From NCBI GenBank assembly GCA_950097015.1, contig CATNEN010000030.1, forward strand, positions 2,976,001-3,040,000: a stretch of DNA of 64,000 bases, given 5' to 3'. A program made the translations under genes and the position numbers. Below the pieces are notes generated by a model. The model made no database searches, had not been told where the DNA came from, and saw only the letters and a program-made list of their open reading frames with translations. Below, piece after piece: positions 37,566-54,672 of this stretch (position 1 is its first letter; each line of letters opens with the position of its first letter). This stretch comes from Macrostomum hystrix (lineage: Eukaryota; Animalia; Platyhelminthes).

Positions 37566-38244
37566 CATTAGTGGTTGGAAATGGAATTGAAATGATTTTA
37601 ATGCAAACAATCAAGGTAAATGATTTTTGTGATGCCTAAATACACCTACATGTATTTATATAATGGATTTTAGTGCCATCAAAACTGTTCACAAGGTAAA
37701 GTATATTTTGAACTTTGAAGATCAAGTTGAACTTTGCGAATGTACAGCGTTTGTGCACAAAAAAGCATACAACATTTAGAAATAAAAATAGTAGGCGAAT
37801 GGTTCACTGCTAGTTGAGAATGGAAAGTATTAAGTAAATTATTAAGTCAAATTTATAACAAACTGTATGCATACGTATGAAATTATTTGAAATCAGGCCG
37901 GATCAAAGGCAATAATTTGACGTTGTTTCCATCTATGAGTGAGTAAATAAACTGAGAAAGACTAGGTTAAATAATTTACGACTCATAACGAGTAAAATAA
38001 GATAGTTCAAATCAATATTGTATAGTTAGCTCTGCCCACTAGAGTAAAAAAAGTAAAAATTGAAAGCTAAAATTAAATATAACCTGCATTAAGTTGAGTG
38101 CAAGACCGCGCTAAATGGTTAGAAAGTATACTGCTCAAAGAGCCAGTATGCTAATATTTACCACCAGTCAATCAGTATTCAATGGACGAGAAAACAGTAG
38201 TTAGAAAAAAAAACCAGAAAAATATTTATGTGTTCATCGGTTCT

Positions 38245-38410
38245 CGGCCAATCAGCGATCAGAAGAGGAGTGAGTGTGTGCGTGGATTGGTTATCGGCCA
38301 ATCAGCGATCAGAAGAGGAGTGAATGTGTGCGTGGATTGGTTATCTATCGGCCAATCAGCGATCAGACGAGGAGTGAGTGTAAGGATTAGTCTTGGCCAA
38401 TCAGCGATCG
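38245..38410. repeat. ~50-bp tandem repeat containing GGCCAATCAGC (CCAAT-box-like)
   Basis: ggccaatcagcgatcag occurs repeatedly at roughly 50-bp spacing. Confidence 0.75.
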
Positions 38411-38449
38411 GTTAGCTAGTGGGTTAGTGAGTGGGCATTCGAGCCAGTA

Positions 38450-39378
38450 CTATCGCGGTCCCAGCCGGTAGCCTTCCTCCTCAAAGCCGTGGTGAACGCG
38501 GAATTCGTACTTCTGCTTCTGGGTCTCGAATCTCTCCATCTTCTCCTCGAGTTCGTTCTCGGATTCGCTTTCCAACGTGGCAGAAAAGACGGCCCCGATT
38601 ACGCCGGCGCACTTAGAGCGTCTTTTGTGCACTGGCCAGGTGTCCTTCTCACTACAGCCGCAGCCGCAGCTACAGTGGTACACTTTCTGTGGCCTGAGAT
38701 TGCAGGGTATGTACCCTGGAAGAGTGTCAGCTGTGGACGGTATTGAATACGGGAAGCTTTTTGAAGTATAAATTCTCAAAGGCCAAACACCAAACATACG
38801 CTCGTAAAAAAATCTAGCAAATCGGTAATGAGGGATAACATCGGTAATGCCGAGCCAACAGCTAGGCATCAGATGAATCAGCGGAGGAAGGTTGATGTTC
38901 CAGGTCCCAGCCAATTGGCAATCAGAGGGAGGAGGATAGTTCGTGTTCTTATGCCTAGCCAATCAGCAATCAGAGGAGGAAGGTTGATGTTTCAGGTCCC
39001 AGCCAATTGGCAATCAGAGGGAGGAGGATAGTTCGTGTTCTTATGCCTAGCCAATCAGCAATCAGAGGAGGAAGGTTGTTGTTCCTGGTCCCAGCCAATC
39101 AGCAGTCACTAGGAAGCAAGATGTGTCCAGCAGATTAACAAACACGGGTTTAGCAAAAAATTTTGGAGAAGTTTCTCGCAATTGTTGAGCACAAACCCAC
39201 ATCTTCTTCGTTGCCTCTTGGTTAGTTTAGATTTCGAATGCTTTCTTGTTGACTTAGTATCATGAGGCTCGTCGGGTTCGTCCACGTCAGCGGCTGCGGC
39301 AGCAGCGGCAGCTCCTGGCTGCTCCTCGATGACATCGCTGTCTTTAGCAGTCGAGCTTCGCTCGTCCTCTTCATTCAT
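38450..39378 (-). CDS. Putative 2-exon orphan gene, about 197 aa (acidic/basic N-terminus, YHCSCGCGC motif)
   Basis: Exon 1 39378-39197 (ATG; donor gg|gtttgt, phase 2) joins in frame to exon 2 38861-38450 (acceptor cctag|c); the intron is filled by a CCAATCAGC-containing repeat. No family recognised. Confidence 0.45.
38875..39105. repeat. ~80-bp tandem repeat with CCAATCAGC/CCAATTGG motifs
   Basis: ccaatcagcaatcagaggaggaaggttgatgtttcaggtcccagccaattggcaatcagagggaggaggatagttcgtgttcttatgcctag repeated 2-3 times. Confidence 0.85.
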
Positions 39379-39964
39379 GTCGCTGTGTTCTGCTCACCTT
39401 CGACGAAATTTCCTGTCCCGAGTTGTTGTTAAGCGCGGGGCCAGCAATCTCTGCCTAATAAACCTACACTCTGTGAGTCTGTGACCCACATTCCCTGTCC
39501 CTCTCTACCATTGAAGCATGTCATCAACTTATTTATTTCGTTTCTAGCAGCCAGCATTGTGGGGCCGCGTACAGTCACTACTTGCACATTAGACAGCGTT
39601 CATTTTCATGCCCAGACAGCCGGTCTATACTTAAGCCAATTGTGCTGAAATTTAACTTACTTTGGGCTCAAGGTAAGCCGCGCATTTTTAGGTACTAAAA
39701 TATTTTATTTTAAAAGATGTATTATTTAAATCAACTAAACGAAGTTCCACTTCTATTTTATTTTTATTTGTGGATAAGTGTAGTCATTTCTGCATTTTGT
39801 GATCTATTTCTTAGAAAAACTAAATTTAAGAAGAGGAATTCGAAGTGTCAAAGTGTCTGGTTCCATTTTTAAACGGTTTAGACAGTTTGGATAATCTACT
39901 TACTACTTAATAATATCATCGTAAGTAGTATAATAAATATATTTCGAAAAATAATGATACTCAT

Positions 39965-40292
39965 TTTTCAGGATGGCTGCGGGCAATGGCTCATCATTTG
40001 ACGACACTAGACCTGCAGCCAGCGAGGAGGCAGTTCTGCCCATTTCGCTGACTCCTGAGCACACACGCACACAGATACTGTACACAGGCTCACACTTTTC
40101 TTTCTCATCGTCAGACAGTGTACACTCTCACTGTGCTTTGGATATCAGTCCTCAAGGGTGTAAATTGCACGACAAGCCCCCAAGCCTTCTCTCCGCGGCT
40201 GCGCCCCAACTTAATGTGGCCTCGCCGCGGAATCGAGCTCAGGGACCTTGCTGCGAGAGGCAAACGCTTTAAGCGCTCTGCTACTAACCACC
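39965..40292 (-). mobile_element. SINE family A copy
   Basis: Reverse-complement match to 1119-1454 across head, body and 3' region. Confidence 0.8.
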
Positions 40293-40619
40293 GATGTATT
40301 ATGGAAGTCAACAATTTTTTACACTACATTTGGTCTTGACTTCTAAGCAAGCCCACTTCAGCAACATATCAATGAGTATGGACACTGAGCATTAAGTATG
40401 AAAAGGAAATAGAACTCTGCCTGCATTGAGTTCGGAGTCATGCCGATGAGGGGGGCAATTTCCTGTTTATTGACTTCGCCAAATTTTAAACAACTGCCTC
40501 GATATGCATTTGATTACGCTATACACTCAGCATTAGATCATGTGACTGGATTACTGACGCTTTCAGATGAGCTGTTAAACTTATTTACATAGAACTAACC
40601 AGAATTCACGCCATCCAAT

Positions 40620-40965
40620 TCTCACATTATCAAATTGTCCTCTCACACCATGAGATTGTCTTCTCACACCACGAGACTGTCTTCTACACCCTGAGATTGT
40701 CTTCTATACCATGAGATTGTCTTCTGTACCATGAGATTGTCTTATACACCATGAGATTGTCTTCTCACACCATGAGATTGTCTTCTCACACCATGAGATT
40801 GTCTTCTCACACCACGAGATTATCTTCTCACATCACGAGATTATCTTCTCACACCATGAGATTATCTTTTCACACCACGAGATTATCTTCTCACACCACG
40901 AGACTGTCTTCTACACCATGAGATTGTCTTCTCACATCACCAGATTATCTTCTCAAATCATCACC
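40620..40965. repeat. 21/22-bp minisatellite (cacaccatgagattgtcttct)
   Basis: Direct tandem copies. Confidence 0.92.
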
Positions 40966-41628
40966 TGATCACATTATAAGAATTTGTAAATTTCCTATAG
41001 GCTGGAAAAAAATGAAGGCATGAACAGCATAATTCGTGCATTGTTAGCTGGCTGCAGGCGGATATGTTGTTTTCAAGTAAAACAGCGTACTTAGTCTAAA
41101 TCGAGTGCTACCGTTTGCAGTTTAAATTGGAAATGTTCGAGTGCGGACAACAACAAGTCAAAAACAAACAAATGTTTTCAAATTATTGACAAAGTTTTTA
41201 CTAAAACACGGTTGCATAGTAGTCCCTCACAAGCAGTCAAGTGCATCCTCGTTTATAAGGAAATTAGCTGAAATTTATGGAAAAAAACATGTGACAAACC
41301 ATTCAGACCTAGCACGTGACTTGCCAGAGCCAATCAAATTTCAAGGTCAATTTCTGCAGGCTCAGAGGCGCTGTTTCTTTCCAATCGTGATTGGGTGATG
41401 CTTACAGCCGCACGTGAGGACTTAAAAAATTAACAAGTCGTAAAGTGAAAATATTTAACACAAAATCACACAAAAACAGGAAATTTGAAAATAAAACTAC
41501 GGAAAGTGACGACAAAGGCAACACTGCACACCTAGGCAAAAGTACAAGCCATACAACCGCATTGAAATATGGGAGCAATGCGAACACAATAATGCTGATA
41601 GATAGAATATAGAACTTAGCCTAGCCTA

Positions 41629-41731
41629 ATTGGATCCGATGTACAGGCATTGACAGCCGCAGCTATTGCGCGACGCCTGCAATGGCTGTGTACAGCTGTT
41701 CAGTCCATGGACTGAGTGAGCTGCCACACCC
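41629..41731 (-). mobile_element. SINE family B 3' fragment
   Basis: gacagccgcagctattgcgcg...ctgttcagtccatggactg matches the 3' half of the family B copies. Confidence 0.65.
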
Positions 41732-42049
41732 GAATTTCTAATCTGAGCTGAAGTTCAAGGGAATAATATACCTAAGGCTGAAATTCGAACTCACGTCCTC
41801 CCTTATCGATGATCTATCAAATCCTGCCAATAGCACAATTATATGATAAGTGAAACTGCGAACTCAAGAAACAAAGACAATAAAGCAAGACAAAGAGTTC
41901 CTTTGTCTTCAACCTATCAACCTATCAACCTATCAACCTATCAACATGAAAATTCAGAACACAGGCTTAGAATTTTCCGCTATATCCAAGGAAACAACTT
42001 CCAGAATCCCAACTATTTCATTAAATTGTTACTTTTTCCTTTTTTAACC

Positions 42050-42145
42050 AATATGGATTCGCCATAGAGGCTTACACAGAGCAATGCGAGTTGCCCTTGT
42101 CACCAGAGTCTTCGACAGGAATCGTTGAATATCTCGACGATACTG
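42050..42145. repeat. Dispersed repeat shared with 51630-51780 (small fold-back family)
   Basis: caccagagtcttcgacaggaatcgttgaatatctcgacgatac matches about 51750-51780 on + and about 51632-51662 on -. Confidence 0.4.
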
Positions 42146-42255
42146 ACATCGGACGACTTTGAAATTTAGTTCATCGTTAAGGGCGGATTAGTTTTGTTTC
42201 GAACGGTGGAGTTCTAGGAAAATCGGTCATTCGGTTTGGGAGCTATCGTGAAGTA

Positions 42256-42265
42256 ATAATAATAA

Positions 42266-42303
<38 letters not shown>

Positions 42304-42677
42304 TTAATATCAATAATAATAATAATAATAATAATTGCAGGAGTGTTGCGGGCAATGGCACATCATTTGGTGACACTAGACCCGCAGCCAGCGAGGAGGC
42401 AATTCTGCCCATTCCGCTGACTCCTGAGCACACACGCACACAGATACCGTACGCAGGCACACACACAGGTGTGTACATCTGCCCTGACTTTCTCATCGTC
42501 AGGCAGTGTACATTTAACTGTGCCTTGGAGGTTGGCCCACAAGGGCGTAAATTGCACGAAAAGCCCCCAAGCCTTCTCTCCGCGGCTGCGCCCTAAATAA
42601 ATGTGGCCTCGCCGTGGAATCGAACTTAGGGACCTTGGTGCGAGAGGCCAACGCGATAACCGCTCTGCCACCGACCC
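42256..42677 (-). mobile_element. SINE family A, full length with (ATT)n tail and 13-bp TSD
   Basis: TSD ctatcgtgaagta at 42243-42255 and 42678-42690; head gggtcggtggcagagcgg, B-box gttcgattcc, about 80-bp (ATT)n tail. Confidence 0.9.
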
Positions 42678-42745
42678 CTATCGTGAAGTAGGCTGTGGGG
42701 ATTTGACCCCCGTGGTCTTTCCCCAGGGGAAAATAGCGTTCCAGT
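42678..42745 (-). mobile_element. Solo terminal repeat of the Ngaro/DIRS-like family
   Basis: Reverse complement gaacgctattttccccctggggaaagaccacgggggtcaaatccccacagcctacttca matches 62030-62094. Confidence 0.7.
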
Positions 42746-42756
42746 TGAAGGTATTT

Positions 42757-47524
<4,768 letters not shown>

Positions 47525-47784
47525 TGCCTAGAGTTCGTTGGCATCAGTATGACCAGATCTAGAGAATCGGACGGATAAACTTCATTTTCTTCCTGTCTTG
47601 TCCTACTCCCGGGCAAATTGCGGACCTCACGGCCAACCAGGATTGGAGAGATAGATAAACCCGACCCCTAGCCCAGTTGGGACAGTGTACAGTCAAAGAC
47701 TGCGCAAATGCTTTTCAGTCTGTGGACTGGGAAAGCAATGAGGCACTAGGGTGACTTTGTTAGTCTTTGGCGCACAGCAGCGTC

Positions 47785-49235
47785 AGTCTTGACACTGACA
47801 AAAAGTCTTGACACTGACACAACAGTCTTGACACTGACACAACAGTCTTGACACTGACACAAAAGTCTTGACACTGACAAACAGTCTTGACACTGACAAA
47901 CAGTCTTGACACTGACACAACAGTCTTGACACTGACAAACAGTCTTGACACTGACAAACAGTCTTGACACTGACAAACAGTCTTGACACTGACAAACAGT
48001 CTTGACACTGACAAACAGTCTTGACACTGACAAACAGTCTTGACACTGACAAACAGTCTTGACACTGACAAACAGTCTTGACACTGACAAACAGTCTTGA
48101 CACTGACAAACAGTCTTGACACTGACAAACAGTCTTGACACTGACACAAAAGTCTTGACACTGACAAACAGTCTTGACACTGACAAACAGTCTTGACACT
48201 GACACAAAAGTCTTGACACTGACAAACAGTCTTGACACTGACAAACAGTCTTGACACTGACAAACAGTCTTGACACTGACAAACAGTCTTGACACTGACA
48301 AACAGTCTTGACACTGACAAACAGTCTTGACACTGACAAACAGTCTTGACACTGACACAAAAGTCTTGACACTGACAAACAGTCTTGACACTGACAAACA
48401 GTCTTGACACTGACACAAAAGTCTTGACACTGACAAACAGTCTTGACACTGACAAACAGTCTTGACACTGACAAACAGTCTTGACACTGACAAACAGTCT
48501 TGACACTGACAAACAGTCTTGACACTGACAAACAGTCTTGACACTGACAAACAGTCTTGACACTGACAAACAGTCTTGACACTGACAAACAGTCTTGACA
48601 CTGACACAAAATTGTTGACACTGACAAACAGTCTTGACACTGACAAACAGTCTTGACACTGACAAACAGTCTTGACACTGACAAACAGTCTTGACACTGA
48701 CACAACAGTCTTGACACTGACAAACAGTCTTGACACTGACAAACAGTCTTGATACTGACACAAAAGTCTTGACACTGACAAACAGTCTTGACACTGACAA
48801 ACAGTCTTGACACTGACAAACAGTCTTGACACTGACAAACAGTCTTGACACTGACAAACAGTCTTGACACTGACAAACAGTCTTGACACTGACAAACAGT
48901 CTTGACACTGACAAACAGTCTTGACACTGACAAACAGTCTTGACACTGACAAACAGTCTTGACACTGACACAACAGTCTTGACACTGACAAACAGTCTTG
49001 ACACTGACAAACAGTCTTGATACTGACACAAAAGTCTTGACACTGACAAACAGTCTTGACACTGACAAACAGTCTTGACACTGACACAAAAGTGTTGACA
49101 CTGACACAACAGTCTTGACACTGACACAACAGTCTTGACACTGACACAAAAGTGTTGACACTGACACAAAATGGTTGACACTGACAAACAGTCTTGACAC
49201 TGACACAAAATTGTTGACACTGACACAACAGTCTT
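47785..49235. repeat. 19/20-bp minisatellite (gtcttgacactgacaaaca)
   Basis: Direct tandem copies about 260 bp upstream of the opsin-1 ATG. Confidence 0.97.
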
Positions 49236-49549
49236 GAAATCGGCACAGAATGCTTAAGAAAATTAAAGTTTTATTTTATAATTCCGGAATTTCGGATTTT
49301 TAACTCCTAACTAGGCGTATTTGGCTCGAAACAACAGGTGGGTGTGGCTGCGCACAGCTCAGGTTAATTAGAAAATGTCTACAACTGGGGTTGGTCGCAG
49401 CTTTATTACGGGATTTCTTTCGGGAAACTCAATTAAAACCATCGTCTTGATCTTCCTTGGAGTGCAAGGCAAGTTGCACATGTTTGAGAAAAATTAGAGG
49501 TCTAACAGGTCTAGTACTAGTCTGATTGCGTGACATGTTCGAGCTGGCA

Positions 49550-50658
49550 GCGGTGCTTATAGTGTGAAGACTGAGGTGGGTGCTTATAGTGTGAAGACTG
49601 AGGTGGGTGCTTATAGTGTGAAGACTGAGGTGGGTGCTTATAGTGTGAAGACTGAGGTGGGTGTTGAAGGTGTGAAGACGGAGGTGGGTGTTGAAGGTGT
49701 GAAGACTGAGGTGAGTGCTGAAGGTGTGAAGACTGAGGTGGGTGCTTATAGTGTGAAGACTGAGGTGGGTGTTGAAGGTGTGAAGACGGAGGTAGGTGTT
49801 GAAGGCGTGAAGACTGAGGTAGGTGTTGAATGTGTGAAGACTGAGGTGGGTGTTGAAGGCGTGAAGACTGAGGTGGGTGTTGAAGGCGTGAAGACTGAGG
49901 TGGGTGTTGAAGGTGTGAAGACTGAGGTAGGTGTTGAATGTGTGAAGACTGAGGTGGGTGTTGAAGGTGTGAAGACTGAGGTGGGTGTTGAAGGTGTGAA
50001 GACTGAGGTGGGTGTTGAAGGCGTGAAGACTGAGGTTGGTGTTGAAGGTGCGAAGACTGAGGTGGGTGTTGAAGGTGTGAAGACTGAGGTGAGTGTTGAA
50101 GGTGTGAAGACTGAGGTAGGTGTTGAAGGTGTGAAGACTGAGGTGGGTGTTGAAGGTGTGAAGACTGAGGTGGGTGTTGAAGGTGTGAAGACTGAGGTGA
50201 GTGTTCAAGGTGTGAAGACTGAGGTAGGTGTTGAAGGTGTGAATACTGAGGTAGGTGTTGAAGGTGTGAAGACTGAGGTGAGTGTTGAAGGTGTGAAGAC
50301 TGAGGTGGGTGTTGAAGGTGTGAAGACTGAGGTAGGTGTTGAAGGTGTGAAGACTGAGGTAGGTGTTGAAGGCGTGAAGACTGAGGTGGGTGTTGAAGGT
50401 GTGAAGACTGAGGTGGGTGTTGAATGTGTGAAGACTGAGGTAGGTGTTGAATGTGTGAAGACTGAGGTGGGTGTTGAAGGCGTGAAGACTGAGGTGGGTG
50501 TTGAAGGTGTGAAGACTGAGGTGGGTGTTGAATGTGTGAAGACTGAGGTGGGTGTTGAAGGTGTGAAGACTGAGGTGGGTGTTGAAGGTGTGAAGACTGA
50601 GGTGGGTGTTGAAGGTGTGAAGACTGAGGTGGGTGTTGAAGGTGTGAAGACTGAGGTG
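49550..50658. repeat. 27-bp minisatellite (gtgaagactgaggtgggtgttgaaggt)
   Basis: Direct tandem copies. Confidence 0.97.
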
Positions 50659-50987
50659 ACTGTGGGAGTTCATGTGGGTGCGACCATTACGCCTTCCGCC
50701 CGGTTGGTGAGGAGATTCTGGGCGCCTTGGGCCCCATGAACTGGAGCTTGTGGACGAATTGGCGACCCGCATGCTTGTCCAAACTAGACAGCGGGGTGCC
50801 CGGAGGCTGTCCAGGCGGATTATCCCCGCCGCCAACGACCGTGCCAATGCGGGCCTTGGGGAAATCCGCTGAGGTTTTATTTCTAGCATTTTAGACAACT
50901 AACAAATCGGTCTTATGACAATCTACAGACCATGGATTTTATTTAAACTACGCAGTTTTCTTCTCTCTGTATCTCCTTAAATATTAA

Positions 50988-51578
50988 CCGTAGGGCTACC
51001 AAGCCATTTTGCCGCCTGTTTTTATACCAAGGGCCCCCCCCGACAAATTTTTTTGGCAGCGCCCGAATGCTAACAGCGTTGGGTGGTGACTGATTGGTTG
51101 ACAGACTAGGCGATGGTGTCCTGTGGTTGAGCTGCGCCTAATATTTTGGCTTATGCATTGAAATTTGAGAAATTCGCGTCAGGGTGTCCATAGTAGCTTA
51201 GTTCCACCTGTTGTAGCCCTTGAAGGTCCAGCAGTCTGTCTAGATAAAGGTAGGTGACCACCGAAGTCGGAGATGATGCAGGCACACTCGGGTGACATGC
51301 TGATAAAGTTTGAAGGTCTGGAAAGGCCGCACTGAGGTGCAGTGCTAATTCGTGTATAGGGTGTATGAAATACACTAGCGCTTATGGGAAAAATCGGACC
51401 TTCGGCCAGAAACATTGAATATCTCGACGGTCTGAAGAGCTGGCGACTTGATTCTTGTTTCAGAAGATGCGCAACAAAAAGTTGGTCCGTGTTCTTGAGT
51501 TTCGTGTGCTTGCATTGTTGCGTTCGGGTGCAGCAAAAAAAATTGGGGAAAAATCCCCATGAAAATCCAGACTACGGG
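50988..51578 (-). mobile_element. piggyBac-type MITE
   Basis: TTAA on both sides (50984-87, 51579-82); termini ccgtag...ctacggg; body homologous to 19668-20238. Confidence 0.7.
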
Positions 51579-51949
51579 TTAACATTTTCCGCTCCATCCG
51601 ATTAAATAACTTCCAGAATTACATAACATCGGTATCGTCAAGATATTCAACGATTCTCGTCGTGGTGTGTGGTGGAAAATTGTATTGTATTGATTATATT
51701 GTTAGTTATATTGTATTATTGAACTATGGATTCGCAACTGTGGATGTGCCACCAGAGTCTTCGACAAGAATCGCTGCATATTGAAAGTGAGTCGATTGTA
51801 AACGGCGAAAAATGTTAGTTCCAGATAGTTTGGAATTTCACGAAAATCGCCAAATCGGCCATTCGGTTTGGCAGCCATCGTAAAGTAGTATTTGAAATTA
51901 AGTTAAGTGATACATTAGTGGCTGTACAGTTAGTTGGCTGTAAACCCTG

Positions 51950-52490
51950 ACCCACATGACTGTACACCTTTCCTAAATGGCTGTACACCTGTTCCAAATG
52001 GCTGTATACCTGTTCCAAATGGCTGTACACCTGTTCCAAATGGCTGTACACCTGTTCCAAATAGCTGTACACCTGTTCCAAATGGCTGTACACCTGTTCC
52101 AAAATGGCTGTACACCTGTTCCAAATAGCTGTACACCTGTTCCAAAATGGCTGTACACCTGTTCCAAATAGCTGTACACCTGTTCCAAATGGCTGTACAC
52201 CTGTTCCAAATAGCTGTACACCTGTTCCAAATGGCTGTACACCTGTTCCAAATGGCTGTACACCTGTTCCAAATAGCTGTACACCTGTTCCAAATGGCTG
52301 TACACCTGTTCCAAATAGCTGTACACCTGTACCAAATGGCTGTACACCTGTTCCAATTGGCTGTACACCTGTTCCAAATAGCTGTACACCTGTTCCAAAT
52401 GGCTGTACACCTGTTCCAAATAGCTGTACACCTGTTCCAAATGGCTGTACACCTGTTCCAATTGGCTGTACACCTGTCCCAAAATGGCTG
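51950..52490. repeat. 21-bp minisatellite (ctgtacacctgttccaaatgg)
   Basis: Direct tandem copies. Confidence 0.95.
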
Positions 52491-52774
52491 TTCATCTGGC
52501 TGTCACTGTTCTGTTGAATATAAAAGTATAAGTAAGTCGAAAATTCTAGCCTAAATTCTAAAGTATTAGGTAAAAAGGAATTCGTTCGCTAATCTCAAGC
52601 AAAAAATTCAAATTAATGTGCGCTCAAAGCAAAAATGCATAGCATTTTGACTGCAGAGCTGATGAAACCAATTAAAGAAATGAGATTTCACTGCTGGGGC
52701 TGACTGGGCTGACTGGGTTTCAAAAACCTGCAGTTAGGCATAACGCATGGCAGGTTTGTATGGGCAGAGGACTT

Positions 52775-53580
52775 GGGACAGTGTCTATAGGGATAGAGGT
52801 GTCTTGGGACAGAGGTGTCTATAGGGACAGAGGTGTCTTGGGACAGAGGTGTCTATAGGGACAGAGGTGTCTTGGGACAGTGTCTATAGGGATAGAGGTG
52901 TCTTGGGACAGAGGTGCCTATAGGGACAGAGGTGTCTTGGGACAGAGGTGTCTATAGGGACAGAGGTGTCTTGGGACAGAGGTGTCTATAGGGACAGAGG
53001 TGTCTTGGGACAGAGGTGTCTATAGGGACAGAGGTGTCTTGGGACAGTGTCTATAGGGATAGAGGTGTCTTGGGACAGAGGTGCCTATAGGGACAGAGGT
53101 GTCTTGGGACAGAGGTGTCTATAGGGATAGAGGTGTCTTGGGACAGAGGTGTCTATAGGGACAGAGGTGTCTTGGGACAGAGGTGTCAATAGGGACAGAG
53201 GTGTCTTGGAACAGAGGTGTCAATAGGGACAGAGGTGTCTTGGGACAGAGGTGTCTTGGGACAGAGGTGTCTATGGGCACAGAGGTTTCTTTAGGCACAG
53301 AGGTGTCTATAGGCACAGAGGTGCCTTGGGACAGAGGTGTCTTGGGACAGAGGTGTCTATAGGGACAGAGGTGTCTTGGGACAGAGGTGTCTTGGGACAG
53401 AGGTGTCTTGGGACAGAGGTGTCTTGGGACAGAGGTGTCTATAGGCACAGAGGTGTCTATAGGCACAGAGGTGTCTATAGGCACAGAGGTGTCTATAGGC
53501 ACAGAGGTGCCTTGGGACAGAGGTGTCTTGGGACAGAGGTGTCTATAGGGAGAGAGGTGTCTTGGGACAGAGGGGTCTTG
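52775..53580. repeat. 16/18-bp minisatellite (gggacagaggtgtctt / gggacagaggtgtctata)
   Basis: Alternating units form a 34-bp dimer. Confidence 0.95.
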
Positions 53581-53935
53581 GGAGGTGTTAGGTTCTAGTG
53601 CTCACAAACTGAGTGTGTCCAAATATGTAGGCACAGCCGCTACTAGTGTAAGAGGCAGTGGTTTCCTAAAAAAACAGATTTTTAGATGAAACTGTCAATC
53701 AAAGATGCCACTTCTAAAGTTTAAATCAAGAAACGCTACGTAAATAAAGAATTTCGAATTCAAAGACGCATGGGTTTCTTGCAACAGACTACTTAAAGTA
53801 GAGTGCTGATCAGTAGTAAGCAGCAAAATTTTATTTTAGTCGCTATAAGTATACCAGCAGACGAAAGGCTGAGTAGTACATAAAAAATTATGTAGTTCCG
53901 TGACACCTCAGTCACCAATGAGTAATGAACCCCTC

Positions 53936-54026
53936 TTGACTTACTTGACTTAGCGGCAGGGAGCCTCCATGACGGACGCAGCGAGGAGGCGGCCGGTGCC
54001 GCCCATATCGCTAACCCCTGGCAGCC
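53936..54026 (-). mobile_element. 91-bp 5'-truncated non-LTR retro-insertion (RTE-like 3' end)
   Basis: 12-bp TSD aatgaacccctc (53924-35, 54027-38); GC-rich body; tail taagtcaagtaagtcaa on the minus strand. Confidence 0.6.
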
Positions 54027-54038
54027 AATGAACCCCTC

Positions 54039-54672
54039 ATTCAGTACAAGAACCTTTCACTCAGTACAAGAACCTCTCAGTCAGTACAAGATCCTTTCAG
54101 TCAGTACAAGAACCTTTCAGTCAGTACAAGATCCTTTCAGTCAGTACAAGATCCTTTCAGTCAGTACAAGAACCTTTCAGTCAGTACAAGAACCTTTCAC
54201 TCTGTACAAGAACCTCTCAGTCAGTACAAGAACCTCTCAGTCAGTACAAGAACCTCTCAGTCAGTACAAGAACCTTTCAGTCAGTACAAGAACCTTTCAG
54301 TCAGTACAAGAACCTTTCAGTCAGTACAAGAACCTTTCAGTCAGTACAAGAACCTTTCAGTCAGTACAAGAACCTTTCACTCTGTACAAGAACCTCTCAG
54401 TCAGTACAAGAACCTCTCAGTCAGTACAAGAACCTTTCAGTCAGTACAAGAACCTTTCAGTCAGTACAAGAACCTTTCACTCAGTACAAGAACCTTTCAG
54501 TCAGTACAAGAACCTTTCACTCAGTACAAGAACCTCTCAGTCAGTACAAGAACCTTTCACTCAGTACAAGAACCTCTCAGTCAGTACAGGAACCTTTCAG
54601 TCAGTACAAGAACCTTTCACTCAGTACAAGAACCTTTCAGTCAGTACAAGAACCTTTCAGTCAGTACAAGAA
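54039..54672. repeat. 20-bp minisatellite (cagtacaagaacctttcagt)
   Basis: Direct tandem copies. Confidence 0.95.

Noticed and set aside
41141-41420. 85-aa ORF and cluster of CACGTG/CCAAT motifs
   Set aside because: The ORF has a GTG start and no motifs; such short motifs are expected by chance, and no linked transcription unit is evident.
52650-52690. CTGATGA...GAAA near 52660 as a hammerhead core
   Set aside because: The intervening bases cannot form helix II, and no helix I/III pairing was found.
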